This document shows, piece by piece, positions 38,939 through 52,150 of a DNA stretch of 64,000 nt. The notes beneath the pieces are model-generated. The model ran no database searches and was not told the DNA's origin. It was given only the letters and a program-made list of their open reading frames with translations. Origin of the DNA: Raja brachyura (lineage: Eukaryota); contig OY740806.1 of assembly GCA_963514005.1 (NCBI GenBank), forward strand, positions 22,196,001 through 22,260,000. Reading direction: 5' to 3'. Each line of letters begins with the position of its first letter. Position 1 is the stretch's first letter. Made by a program: the position numbers and the translations under genes.

Positions 38939-41035
38939 GAAGCAATAGGTGTACCATTATGAACAGTGCCCAGAGAGGCTTGGTCCAATTTCCTGGTGGC
39001 AACTATTAAGAAATAACGGTAACACAATCTTCATCCAATTTGTGCATGAACAATAGGAGTTAACTGACCATGTATATGCTTTCAGTGAAAGTTATGAAAT
39101 ACAGGGTATGTCTTCAACTCTGCTGCTGCTTTTCTATTTTCATACCTTTTGGTCCAATTTCCAACTCATTCATTCAACTTCGCTTTTATTTAAGTTTGAG
39201 GCTCTAGCCTTGGTTTTACATTTGTTACTCTCAACATCAACCATGTTTTGATTCTTCTTCTTCCAGAGAAGCCTTTGCTCTAAAATTAATCATCAATCCT
39301 GTTTCATTACACACAACCAACTGTTACTCTGGTCCCTGACTGGGGGTCACAATGTGTTGAGAAACTGTCTTGAACATGTTCCATGATCTCATTCCCAAGC
39401 CCACCTTTACCAGTTTGATTTGATTTGGCAGAGTTTGTCCTCATACTCTTCAACTAAAAGATAACGACTCCCAGATCCATGAGGATCAGTGAAGACATAA
39501 ATACACACGCAAAGGTATTGTCATTCCAACAAAAACAATCATTTTCAAATTATTTTTCGTGTCATATCTGTAATTGGATTATTTTATTATAACAATTGCC
39601 ACTCCAGATGGAAGAAGATGAATAATGATGGGAGAAAATGAACAAACACTGTACTACAATTAGATGACATGAAAATATACGTGCAAGTTGAATGGGCAGA
39701 AATTTAGAAGATGCACATCATTTAAGATCATTCAACATTCCTGTGATTAGGAAAACTTGAGGTGGGATCCCAAGTTTGCCTAAATAAGTCTAAATAAGTA
39801 CTTTTGCATCAAATTTATTATGTATCCAGAATCAGCCCTTGTAGAAAATTAAAATATTAATAGAATCCTATGTTTTTTTTAATCAATTCTAATAATAATG
39901 AAAAATGATGCAAATAATAATAATAATTAATAGGGCATCTAATCATCTTTCAAAATTTACAAAAAATCTAAAAAGTGTTTTAGGTAAAGGCCATTGACTG
40001 ATCACGAGATACAAAAGTAAATTCAAGGGATTGTTGTTTTTATTTGTTTCAGGAAAAGTGAAATATAAAGTTTTATAATTATCAGGGCTGAAGTTATGAA
40101 TTGACATCATTCGTTTCCGATTAGATACTAGAATTGGAACCTGCTCAGCAAATACACAATTTGAAATGGAAAAAAGAAGTCTTGACACCAAATCTAGATA
40201 CTCTAAACATTTAACAGTGTATTTAATCTCGTCATTTATATAATCATGTGTACACTTCCTTTGTACACATGTTATATTAGCCATACTACTCCTATTTATG
40301 CAAACCTAGACTTGAACATCAAGCCCGCCTGAGAAAAGTGCTGCTACTAAACTAAACTAAACTCTTTTTCTCTTGCTACAGGATCACTGGACTAATAAAT
40401 GATGCATTAGACATGTATTTTTCAGTTTCAAGAAGCCTTGGAACATTACGAAAAAAGAACCAATGCATACATACTTCTCCATATAAAGTATATTAGTACC
40501 CTATAGTACCCTATAAGTACTGGGAATAGGTCACCATGAACTAATTCATGCCAATATGAGGTAATGTAGGACAAACAGTTGTAGATTTGAAGCTGTACTT
40601 TCTATCCCAACTTTCACAGCACTTGGTTTGAAAGTTGCATCTGGGATTCAATGCTAGCCAAAGACTCTCTTCTGAAGGAAACAGATAAAATTTCAGGAAA
40701 TTGCGGCAGTAGCTTTCTGGAAATTGTCTGAATCAACTCAGGTTCATAAGAGCCTTCCTTGGCTGGTAGAAGATGAGAGGAAAAAGACAATAAGATCAAT
40801 ACATCTGCCAATCATGGAGAGTTTTTCCTTTATCTGTCCTCGATATATAGTCAGACAGGCATGTCCTGCTCTGCCATACCAGCATACACATAACTGTGTA
40901 AAAACCTTGAATATCTGATCTTCTATGGAATGCTGAGTTCATTATAAATTGCCTGCAAAGTTTGCAGGCACCTGCAGAATCTACGTTAATGGGCCAGATA
41001 GAGGGGTAAAACTGTAAATTGTAGCACAGAGAAAA

Positions 41036-41577
41036 GGGGTTGTCCCACTTGTGTGACCTAATTGGCGAGTTTAGAAGAGCTTAGGAGAGTTTAGAAGAGC
41101 TTAGGAGAGTTCGACTATGTAGAAGACCTCCTTCGACCTCCTTCAACTATGTTGAAGACTAGCTTCGACTAGCTACGACCAATTTCGGGAAAATTGGACA
41201 CCGAATAGTGGAGAGTGAAGACGACCTCCTTCGATCTCCTTCGACCTCCCTTCGACTATGGCGAAGACTATCTACGACTACCTTTGACTACCCTCGATTA
41301 CCCACGACTGACATGCCGACCTACTACGACTAAACCTACGAGTAAAAAAAAGTATCTATTTTTTCCATGGCGACCTTTTTTTACTCGCGGGCATTTTTCA
41401 ACATGTTGAAAAATACGCCGCGACCTAGCTGAGGTCTCGAGTACACGGGGACTACTCTCGAGCATGAAGGAGAGTTACAAAGACCTCTTACGACCTCGTG
41501 TCGACCATGCTGCGAGTATGAGTCGAGGGCAAACTCGCCAGAACTCACGGAATAGGTTGCCCAAATGGGACAGCCCC
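41036..41577. mobile_element. MITE, probably PIF/Harbinger-type
   Basis: TIRs GGGGTTGTCCCACTTG / CAAATGGGACAGCCCC. AAA/TAA 3-bp flanks. No coding capacity. Many internal CGAC motifs. Confidence 0.8.
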
Positions 41578-43967
41578 TAAAGGATGTGACCATCCTAGTA
41601 CTTAAAATTGGATGATTGCAGCAAGATCTTCTGTGGCCATAACATATTGGCTGCAAGTATGAATTCCTCCAAATAATTACAAATTTACGAACTCTAGTGA
41701 TTAGCTGGTATTTTGGTATATGGTCAATAAAGGAAGGCTTTGACTATGTTGACACGCATGTTTCCTCTTCTAGATCTTCTTTGGGTTACCTCAGTTCTCC
41801 ACAAGCATCAGAATTTTACTTTCAAAACAACAAACGAGTAATGTATGTGCAGTGAAGAAATTCTGATCATATAATTTCCTTTCTTTCGTGCAGATGAAAA
41901 TGCTTGGCTGAAAAGTACAATTGTTCCCAACAGGCCAGGCAAATGCGAATGGTTTGCACCTAAATGCAAGGGGCCAATGGACTGGATGGCAACAGTGTAA
42001 CTCGTCATCAAAGCCTCTACTGCACCTATAGACGTTAATTGCTTTGGAAGTTTGGATCGGAATATTCTTACGATGTTGGAAATGAGAACAAAAGGAATAT
42101 GGAGCTATATTTTTTAAAATACACATTTAAGGTGACCTTAAGATTAATTAAAAAGCAAATATCACGTTTCACTCTAAAAGGAAAGGTGTATTTGTTGGTG
42201 GGGTAAAACGAGGAGACATACTGCTTCACTTCCAATTCATTTGGGAAAAGTTCTTGGATTAGCTTTAGGAGACATTTCAGTCACTGAATAAATTGCAAAT
42301 ACACTTCCATTTGTAAAACAAGACATTAATAATTTAGCCTTTTGCAAGAAGCCACATCATATTTTACATTGATTTGGTATGGTTTGATTTGTATATGATG
42401 GAAATTATTATTAGATTAGAAATGTCTATTTGCAAGTTTGGTGCACAAGTGCTTACGATCTTTACATTCAATTTCTATTGCACTAGATATGCCAACTGAT
42501 TTGAAACAAATGAATTATTACCTCTGTTAAAATGGGAAATGGTGGATGACAGTGGAGTGTACATGATGTTCTTAGGTTAATGTGGCAAACAGTAATTTCT
42601 AGGATCGTTAACATTCACAAGAAAGTAAAAACACAGAATATAATCAAAACTGATGGTGATTTCAATGGTGACCTATCACCGATTATCATGGTGACACTGT
42701 AATTACATGGGACATATGCAATTAATGCTACAATATCTGAGCAATATCATCAACACAGAAGCTTTTCATGAAGGACATCTGAGAGCACTCCCTAGGTGAC
42801 ATTAGTCACTATAACAGTGAGGCTGCTTCCCTGTGATTCCCTGCTCCTCCTCATCCTGCACTGTTTTGAAGATATTTCCTAACTATTCCCACTGTGGAAA
42901 CGCTGAAAATACTCAGCCTTTTTATTACTTGAGAAGTAACTGAGTTTGAATGCAATCTCAGGGCATAAATGTTGTCTAACAACCTAAAAAAAACCTATTA
43001 TTTCACATGGTATGTCAGTCCCTCCGGTAAAATTGCAAACTATTTAAAATTATATAAAAAGTTGAATTTTTTATTTTTTTTTGGTTTATATCTTAACCTT
43101 TCATAGAGTGTGAAATAAAGTTTGAAATCTTGCATGGGAGGTTAATAATTTAATCAAACGCTATTGCCGATAAGCCATCCCCAATCAGGATGGTGACATT
43201 TGCTATATAGTGGTGGCTATGTGGTTGATTTTGCTTCCGAAATGTAATCTCTTTTATTCAATTGAATGAATTTTGAGGCAGGGTGCAATGTGCGGATGCT
43301 ACTATATGATGCATTTGAGGCGACTGTCCAAGGCTGAATTTCTTGGCATTTGGTGTTTCCACTTTCCGGTTTGCTATGTGGGGGTTTTAGTTACGTGAGT
43401 GGCTAGTCAGTGATGACATCACTATGGCTAGGTACAGGGAATCCCCCAGAGGTGAAGTCAAACAGCAACTGATGCCAGCAGAGGCTAAGTTTGTGTCTCA
43501 GAGATTCTGAGATATTTATTCCAGGTTTCTTTGAGATCAGTAACTAGCCCATTCCTTCTAAGGTATTAATGCCATAAACAATGGGCGTTGTTTCAGGTTG
43601 TCAATGAAATGATCTATACAACCGTTTCCTTTCATTGAGCGCTTCAAATCCTGACATATATTACATGTGAATTTTGCCCAAGAGGTTGACAACATTATTC
43701 CAATGATTTACATTTATATTCGATCCGGATCCATATTTAGAATCTTATGCAGCTGTGGCATCACTAGTTTATTTTCAGGGGTCCTTTCCCTCCAAATGTA
43801 GGGAGCAGCTCTATAAATGGTAGCACTGTCAAGATTTATGCACACTTGAAAGAAAAAGGCAATTATGCTGGAAGACAGGAATTCCACAATAAACCAATAA
43901 TACTTTTAGTGGCATGGAAGTTGGCTTTCCAACTGATCTGGTTCAACATTCAGTATCAAATACCTAC

Positions 43968-45644
43968 CCTGAAGTAGATAAGTGTGAAGGTGGGTGTTCA
44001 AAAGGAGGACTGTCTTCACCTCTCCACCTTTGGGAAGGGATCTGACTATAAAACTCGCTGTGGCCTGTTGCAGGAGAGAGGGATCCTGTGTAGCTGCCTG
44101 TTGAAGGTGTCAGTGCCATGTGAGGTCTATAACTGGGGCTTCCTCGTCTGCTGCCCTGGCCAGCAGTGCTGCTTTGTGCTGGTGAGGAGGATGGTGAGGA
44201 CCTTCTGGATATGCTAACAACAGCAGGAGGCTGAAGGGTAATTTCAGACATCTCCACAGAGATGCCTGCAGGAAAGATGCCACGGGAAGGCTGCATGATA
44301 CTGGGCCGTGGTCGCGGGCGGGATGAGATCTCTGGGGAGGCGTGATGGGAACTCAGAGGACTCTGACTCAAAGGGGAGAGCCGAGAAGGCTGTAGAACCA
44401 CCTGGTGTAAACTGGCCTCAGTCCTTCTGCCTTGCCTAGGGCTAGGTCTGGGCCTGGGTCTTGGTTCGTACCACCTGGTGTCCAGACTGAATGTGCTTGT
44501 GCCACTGGCAACAGCCTGTCTGGCTGATTCAGTGTAAGGCAATGTGGGTGCACTTATACCATGGCTGGTATGCTTTAGCTGCCCGTGGCTGGTCTCTTGC
44601 ATAGGTTGATGTGGATGTCTTTGAGAGAGAGAGGCAGATCCTTTAGATTTACTGGAAGCTTTGCCAGTCTGACTCTTTGGTGCCTCCAGATGCAGCACAC
44701 TGTGGTACGGTGCTGAGACCTGGAGTGAGGAAGGGGGCCCACCCCTCGGAAGACCAGCCTTTGGCAGTGTACTCTCAGGTGTATCTTGATGGTGTGAGAA
44801 CATAACTGGAGAGCTCTCAATGCTGCTGATAGACAATTTCTTCCTTCTCCATGGTTCAGGAGACCGCATGGTAGTTGGCGTGTGAGTCAAAGGCAGGGTA
44901 CTACTGGAAGTGACCAAATGCTGTCCATCAGGATCGCCGTGATCTGCAGGGAGGGTGGGATGACCATAGGGTCCTTCAGCAAGTAATAGAGGTGAAGACA
45001 TCACTGAACTGAGGGGACTGATATCTGGCATGTAAAATGGCTGACCATCTTGGTCTGCTGAGCTACTGCTGAGGTAGCCATAAAACTGGCTTTGAGGGTA
45101 ACCTTTAGCAAGTCTCCTGGTCTGACCGGTGGCCTGCAGCCTGGCATCTAAGCTTCCCATGCATTCATCTGCATTCTGGAATGATGGGGTGTATGCTGGT
45201 GGCTGTAAGTATGAATCTTGACTGGATGAAAGAGGTGAAAGCTGAGACTTCAAGCTCATAATGGCAGTAGGAGTTAATGTGTCATTGTTTTCCTCGTCGG
45301 ACTGCCGGAATTCAGGATACGTTTCCGTCTCTTCTGCAAAGGGGAAGCCCTCAATCCTCCTAGACTTCAATGATATCTCCATCCCTGTGTGGTCCATAAT
45401 GAAGCGTCCATCAGGGCCTCTGCTGATCAGTTCGATGGGGGTAGTGACATCAGCCTCAGCCTCATGCTTGGAGACACTGTACTTCTTGCTGGTTATTGCT
45501 CGCTTTGTCTTTTTGTACAAGGACATTTCTCTGTCCCTGCCAGGACTCATCATCTTGGCATGTATGGCTTGAGCATCTTCAGAGGAGTCTGATGGAGCTC
45601 GGAGTGTCCTGACGCTTTCAGGACTCACCTTTCCTGAGGAAGAT
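43968..45644 (-). CDS. IGSF9B: IGSF9B large cytoplasmic exon (SSSGKVSPES...TTPIELISRGPDGRF...HLSTSG)
   Basis: 554-aa Ser/Pro-rich ORF with the conserved IELISRGPDGRF motif. Acceptor ggtctctcag|, donor GG|gtaggt. 1677 bp, phase 2 to 2. Confidence 0.96.
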
Positions 45645-46395
45645 CTGAGAGACCAAAATCAGAGGCAACAGTAACCCTGCATACTTTCATGTTTACAATT
45701 TTGCTACTGTCCAGTGAAGTAAAGCATCACTTTATTGCTTTTGCTGCCATTATTCATTAATAACAAGTCCTTTTGACTATTAATTTAATGTCATCAGTTA
45801 TGAAGCTGTGGCAGTTGGAATACATCTCATGAAGATAGGCCTCATTTGGGGAACATTTAATCAGTTATGCAACTATATTATGAATATAATGCAATTTAAA
45901 GTAATAATGAGGGAATTTATAAGTTGATTAATACTGCCAACTGATGCGTGTTTTTACAGCAATAGGATACCAGAGCGATAATGGAGCGGTGAATTAATGG
46001 CACTTTGGTGCGTTGTGTATAGAACAGACAACTATTCTGTTTATGGAAACATAATTCTTCAAGCTACTGCAGATTAAAGATTTAAGAACAAATCCTCCAG
46101 TATCCTGTAGGAAAGCTGTAAATTACATACAGATTTATGTTCTGCTTTAAAATTTAGTAGGATCTATGCGACTAAGGCTGCCAGTTCACTTACAATCAGC
46201 ACAGTCAGAGACATTATAGTATAACCACTTTATTGGTCTCTTTTATTGATTGTAAAACAAAGTCTACTGCTAGTCTGACATGGATCTTACACCAAAGTTT
46301 GGCTCTCATCGCTGAGAGAATGAGTCAAATCAACCACATTGATTTATCACAAGACACAAACACGGACAAAATCATAAAAGGGGCTGGTTACTTAC

Positions 46396-46441
46396 GGGGA
46401 TTCCACACTCTTTCGGCAGTGTGTTATTGAGAGAGGAGGAT
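46396..46441 (-). CDS. IGSF9B: IGSF9B small juxtamembrane exon (DPPLSITHCRKSVESP)
   Basis: Not in the ORF track; read by eye. Acceptor ttctcctccag|, donor CC|gtaagt. 46 bp, phase 1 to 2. Matches the recalled DPPLSITHCRKS motif. Confidence 0.93.
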
Positions 46442-48293
46442 CTGGAGGAGAACAAGCATGCGCATTAAACAGCTAGAAGGGAATCAATTCACTTAATATT
46501 AGAAATAACTTTCACACAAAAGCATGGCCGCAGCCCAGGCACATCAGAGTTATCATATTGAAATAACCTCCTGTGATACAATACAAGGGGGTTGATCTCA
46601 GTGACGGATAGTAGAAACAAGCTGGCAGTTTATCGTTCACCTCTGCAGATTTTTATTTCCATAGGGAGGAGATGAGGTGTTTCAGTGCCATAACATTTTA
46701 GAGCTCTATGATATACAATGGTTCATATAAAAATGAACACATTGAGGTTTGCTAGCCGCTGCATTGTGCCAATGCTTTCTTTGGCACAGCATTTTTTCTC
46801 TTATTTTTCCCAGTAATTAGAAAATTAAATATATGAGGTTCTGTTTTTGGCACAATGAGCTTCACCCTCATTATGCCTCTTGCAGTTAAGTACATTTCAG
46901 ACTAGATTTGTCAGCTGGCAATGGGATTTCTATGTAAAAGAGGTTTGGGTAATCTCATTTTTCACGTGAGTTTGCCACAGTGCAAAGTGGCACCTATTTT
47001 GATATCAAATGGATGTCCTCATTTTGATGGACTGCATGGAGTCAGAAAAATAAAATATCTCCCAGCACTGTTCAAAGGGGTCCCTCTAGTTGGTAATAAA
47101 ACACATCATACAGGGTTTTGCACCTAATCTGTCTGTGAGTTATTAATGCTAACACCAAATCACAGATTCTCACAATACATTATGCCATTAAATATGAATG
47201 TGTTCACATCAACAGGAAATAACTGATTGGAAGAGCAACTTAAGTTGCTGAAGTGGGACAGTTCTATTTCACAGGTCAAATACTCTTCAACTGTATGCAC
47301 AAGTCATCATCAAACAGAGAATTAAACCTTGATTTCTTCTCAACATAATTTTGGCATTCAAGTGAAGAATAATAACTGCGAGTACACATCATTCTGTGAT
47401 GAGAGCTCAAACACATTGTTTTGCCAGTAACAAGATGTAAGCAGAATTCATATAGTTTGAACATGGCGTACAAAATATTTAATTACCTCAGAATCCCTCA
47501 GTGTATTGAGTGAAATATAATAGTTACAAACAACTTATTTTCAATATCACGAGCTATGTAGCTAGTCTCACTTGCATGGAATACACACATCATCCATATT
47601 AAATAGATATCAAGGTTTCAAAATAAATTCAGGTACAGCTCGTATTGTTTTCCCGCATCAAGCCTATTTTATTGAATCTCACTGTCCTGGCACTGAACAG
47701 GGTTTTTATTATGTACCTGGATTCACCATGAACCATATAAAATAGTAAGATTAAACGAGAACTTACCAGATTGAAGTTTGATCTTTATTTTATGAGGAGT
47801 TGCGATGAGGGATTTCGTGAAGAACCCGCCAGCACGCATGCGCGACATCTCTTCAAAGCAGCGGTGTGGAATCACAGAACCAACAAACCAAAGAAATGAC
47901 TTGTTATAGTAAGATTGAAGAGACTCTAGTTACCAGTTGACTTTATGATCGAGGGTTGGGAGCGGAGGGCACGAAATCCCTCATCGCAACTCCTCATAAA
48001 ATAAAGATCAAACTTCAAACTGGTAAGTTCTCGTTTAATCTTACTATTTCATTTCGGAGTCACGTGAGTGACTTCGTGAAGACTTCAAAGCTCTGTGATT
48101 ACACGCCCTGGACCACGTCCATGCTCACACACTGCCGTAATACTGATGGAGGAAGTATGTTAACGTATTTCAGACTTGAACAAGCTGAAAAATAATAACA
48201 TTATTGTTAGTACAACAATAAACCCCTGAACTCGGGGACAAACGTTTAGGGACAGCACTTAACGTGCGTAACGTTGCGGGAAAAGGCCACAGG

Positions 48294-48720
48294 TTAGTTA
48301 TGAAACCACTGAAATGTAGTTTCATTGGCCCAGCCCGCTATCGTGAGGACATGCTCCATGAACACCTCCATGGTCCTCGTTCCTGATGTGGATGCAGCCT
48401 TGGTAGAATGACATTTCAAAATGTTTAGTGTCTTACCTGCTGCATCGAATACCACCTTAAGCCATCTGGAGATAGTCTGCACCGTCATTCTGTGACGTGG
48501 GTTTCCATGGGTGACAACAGATCCCATTTCCACACCTGTAGTCGCAGGTCTGTATAGTTTAAGTAACTCTTTCATAAAGCAGTTACATTATTATGGGTTG
48601 ATCATTCTATCCAGGTTTAATTCCTGTAGAGTCTGGACCCGTTGTGCTGTATTCAGTGCTATTGCCATCACCACTTTTGAAGGTGAGTAAGTCCAGTGGT
48701 ACCTCCGTGATAAGCGACCA
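48294..48720 (-). pseudogene. DIRS tyrosine recombinase remnant (frameshifted)
   Basis: TISRWLK...HSTKAASTS...AGWANETTFQWFH resembles the YR HSTR...AGW...F..FY box with catalytic R and Y lost. Upstream LKVVMAIALNTAQRVQTL remnant. Confidence 0.85.
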
Positions 48721-49017
48721 CCTTCTGAGTAGGGTCAACACCACCCTAATCTCTCAGATATTATATCGTGGTCGGGAAGGGATGGATAGAACATATCCCT
48801 CGTAGTTTGGATACCAGCTGGTGAGATCCCACTCCGATGTTGAGCTAGGATGACAGTGCACTACTGGCACTGTATGCAGCACTGTAACTGAGGGCTCATC
48901 ATAATGAGCACATTGGAGATCGTAGCAGATATGTAGGTCATCTTGGTCCGACTACAAAATCCTCTCATATCCTGTGTAGGTGAGGTAGTGCTTCCCAGTG
49001 GACTTTCTCTGCATGAT

Positions 49018-49165
49018 CTATATGACGTCCATGGTCCTGTATGTTCCAGACCTGGGTACATTTTCTGCAACACCTGTCTGATGAGGCAGGATGGGGAAAG
49101 CATAGAAATCCATTTCCCCCAATGTAGCGAGAACTCGTCCATCGCCACACTTGGAGACCACATTC
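49018..49165 (-). pseudogene. DIRS methyltransferase-like (MT) domain remnant
   Basis: AMDEFSLHW and FYAFP...LIRQVLQK pieces in different frames resemble the DIRS DAFxxxW / YAFPP / LIxRVLxK motifs. Confidence 0.7.
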
Positions 49166-49584
49166 TGCAGTTTCTCCTGGGTTTCCTCAGGTACTACAGG
49201 TTCCTCCAGAACTGGAGGACATCTGGTCCAGCTGCAGAGACTGTGCTCTAGTATACGCTCCATCATGCGCTCCATCCGAGCCATGCGACCACTGCCGCAT
49301 CTGCGGACAATAAGTCGACTTCCTCAGGTTCTGGAGAATCTCTGAGGCTTCTGTCATTGCCCCACACCTCGTCGAGGTGATTACAAGGGTGCAAGACAGG
49401 ATGTCGCTGCCTGCCGCTCCTGCGTGGCTAAGCGACTCCCGCGCGGACCTGCCGCTGCTCCGCCGTCTTCCGGACGGAGGCGGCCCGCTGGTCTGATAAG
49501 ACATGATAGCAGTGGTGAGTCGGTCCCGGCCGCCGAAGCGTGGTACCCCGACGTCCGCGCGGGCTTGCCGCCTGTCCTCCAAAG

Positions 49585-49806
49585 GCGACGTTCGGTCACG
49601 TCCTCCACTACAAGGCAGTGCGATGACCGAGATGAGACTACACCGACCTGCAACCAGGCAGGCTCCCTCGGTGCTGAGTCTGTGTCCTCCTTTGGGACAA
49701 AGCGTCGTTCGTTCACGTCCTGACGCTAAAGGGGGTGCGGTGACCGAGATGAGGCTACTCCGACCTGCAACCAGGCAGGCTCCCCTCGGTGCTGAGTCTG
49801 TGCCGG
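49585..49806. repeat. Two-copy ~117 bp tandem repeat inside the DIRS element
   Basis: gaccgagatgagrctacwccgacctgcaaccaggcaggctccc(c)tcggtgctgagtctgtg occurs near 49626 and 49742. Confidence 0.9.
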
Positions 49807-50112
49807 CCGCACATGTGGTCCTCCAGACCCAGGCCTCAATCCTTCCCCGGTCCACGATCTGGTGGCCTGCTCCAGTGGAAGTTGACCCCGGCTCTATGGC
49901 GGGTTTACCGACTGCTGTGCGATACTTCCCCTGGTCCTCTCTCTGGTGACCTGCATATTTGGGGAGAGAGAACGTGCCAAGAATATAGCACGTTACGCAC
50001 CTTTGCTCCACTGTCGCTATGGTTAAGTGACAGAGGTAGGGAGTCAGGGTCTTACCTACCCTGCTCCTGTGCGGTTACCACTTATGGCACCATGGTCAGT
50101 CGTGGTGGAGAA

Positions 50113-50830
50113 TCAGGTCCTGACTGCGCAGGGCTCCCCTGATTTCCGCGTTTTTATCCCGACCCGCAGAGCGGGTGCTGCCGACGTTGCGGGCAGCTCC
50201 AGGAATGGTGGGCGTTGACTCACATCTGGAGGCACCGGTATGTAGGTCCTTGCTGGCCTTCCGGTTTGACCCCGTGGCCTGGAATATGGAGTTTTCCTGG
50301 CCGTTTGTCTGGTCAAGGTGTGCGACCTCATAAGACCCACTGTCTTGGCATGGTCGTCTAAATCCTTGACCTGCTTCAGAAGGTCTTCCCCGAATAGTTG
50401 TCTGGGTGGTGGTGTTGGAGATGCTCTGCATAGCCCCGCAAATTTGGGATTTAGCGTGAGCTTGATGGCACTTTTTCGAAACGCATTTATTTCGTATTGC
50501 GTGTTACATAATAATTCAAGAGCATCCTCCTGTTCGGTGTTCAAGTCCATCCCGTCCACCGACGTCGCAAAAGCGGTAATCCCAGATGTGAGCAGTTTTA
50601 GGATTATCTGTAATTCTTACTTCCTGTGCTCTTATGCCCGGGCTTATATTGCTCCAAATAGGCATGTTTACAATAGGTACATTGAGTGAGTTACAATTAC
50701 TCGGTGCCTTGCACCCATTCATGGCCTCCGCAAGGACCTGATCCTGTAGCTGGTGGTTGGTAGCGGCCAGTTTAGTTTTGAGAGGTTGTCCCGATGATTC
50801 GGGTAACGCAAACTTGGCTGCCACGTACAA
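50113..50830 (-). pseudogene. DIRS gag-like ORF, frameshifted
   Basis: PSNCNSLNVPIVNMPIW and EINAFRKSAIKLTLNPKFAGLC...LFGEDLLKQVKDL resemble DIRS1 gag as recalled. Confidence 0.75.
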
Positions 50831-52150
50831 AAGTACTTACCTGAGGAACCTCAGTTGCCACTGGTTCGTGTGCCAAGATATCCTCTTCTCCTGGCTGCCT
50901 CATGCTACCAATTGACGGTGGGGATATATCCAAAAGTTCCCGGAACTGGACATTTCCTGCAGTTGATTTTGCTGCAGGATCCGTTCCATCATCCTCTCCA
51001 TCCGTTCAATGCGCCCTTCATGGTGCGTAAATGGGAGGTCAGAGCCCTCATGCCCGAAGGAACTCCTGAGGCTCCTATCATCGGCCCGTACCTCATCGAG
51101 GTAATCTCGGTGCCGTGACAAAAATCGCTGCCAGCCGCCTCAGCGAAGCTGTACGACTCCCGCGCGGATCTGCTCATACGCCTCCTTGGATGAGCTAGGC
51201 CCGACTGCCTCAAAGGGCATATGCGGTGTGAAGTCGGCACCTGACGCCTGCGGCGTGGCGACCCGACATCCGCGCGGGCTTGCCACCTGTCCTACTCCTG
51301 GACTCAGGCGGCGTACGGTCCCGTCCTGCCGCTATAGGGGGATGCAGTGACCGTGGCGAGACTCCACCTGTATGAATCCACCTGGTCCAATTAGGTGGTG
51401 AGTCAACACTGGCCCTCCCTGGTCTGCCAGTGGACTCGGGTCTCGGTAAACCACCAGTCCGCAATATAGCGGTCTCTGGTGAAATTCCTGCCCTAAAAGG
51501 GCTTTGTTGTTGAGCTCTATCCCTGGCTCTTTCACGAGGGCTCGGGGAGAAGGGCCGTGCAGCAGCACGTGAAACCCGTTTGCTCATATCAGCCAATGAT
51601 TCTCTCCCTGTTGGAGATAGTGAAAAAATGGAGTCAGGGTCTACCTGCTCCGGCGCCATACCGACTTCCTGCTCTGCGGGTACCCCGCTTGTACACAGCT
51701 GTGTCGGTGGGTCGGGTCCTGTAATCACAGGGCTCCCCGACTTTTGCGCCTTTTCCCCGGCCCGTCTAGCGGGTGCTGTCGTTGTAGAGAGCTCCGGGAA
51801 TAATGGCCGGCGATTCCTTTTGGAAGTCCTGCGGCCTGTACTCCTCATTATCCATGTCCCTGTTGGAGAAAACACATTCAAAACAGCAGGGACAACCAGC
51901 TCAAGGTTGCCTGTACTTACCTGAGTGGCCCTTATGAAGGGCTGGTGGTGAGCTGTCGTTCTGCCATTGTTGAGCAATGGTGAGTGTTGAGCCCGGACCC
52001 ACAGGGTCAACAAGTTGCCCCATTGTAAAAATAAGTTGGGCTTAGAGACAACATGATAATGGCTGCAACTCCATACCCTCTAAATTACAGCACTGGGATA
52101 ATGCAGGCTGTGTAGAGTTGAGTTGGGGCTAACCCCTTACTCTTAGTAAA

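Noticed and set aside
43405-43475. C/D snoRNA-like GTGATGA...CTGA and palindrome AGTGATGACATCACT
   Set aside because: Antisense to the host gene, weak terminal stem, and no recognisable guide sequence.
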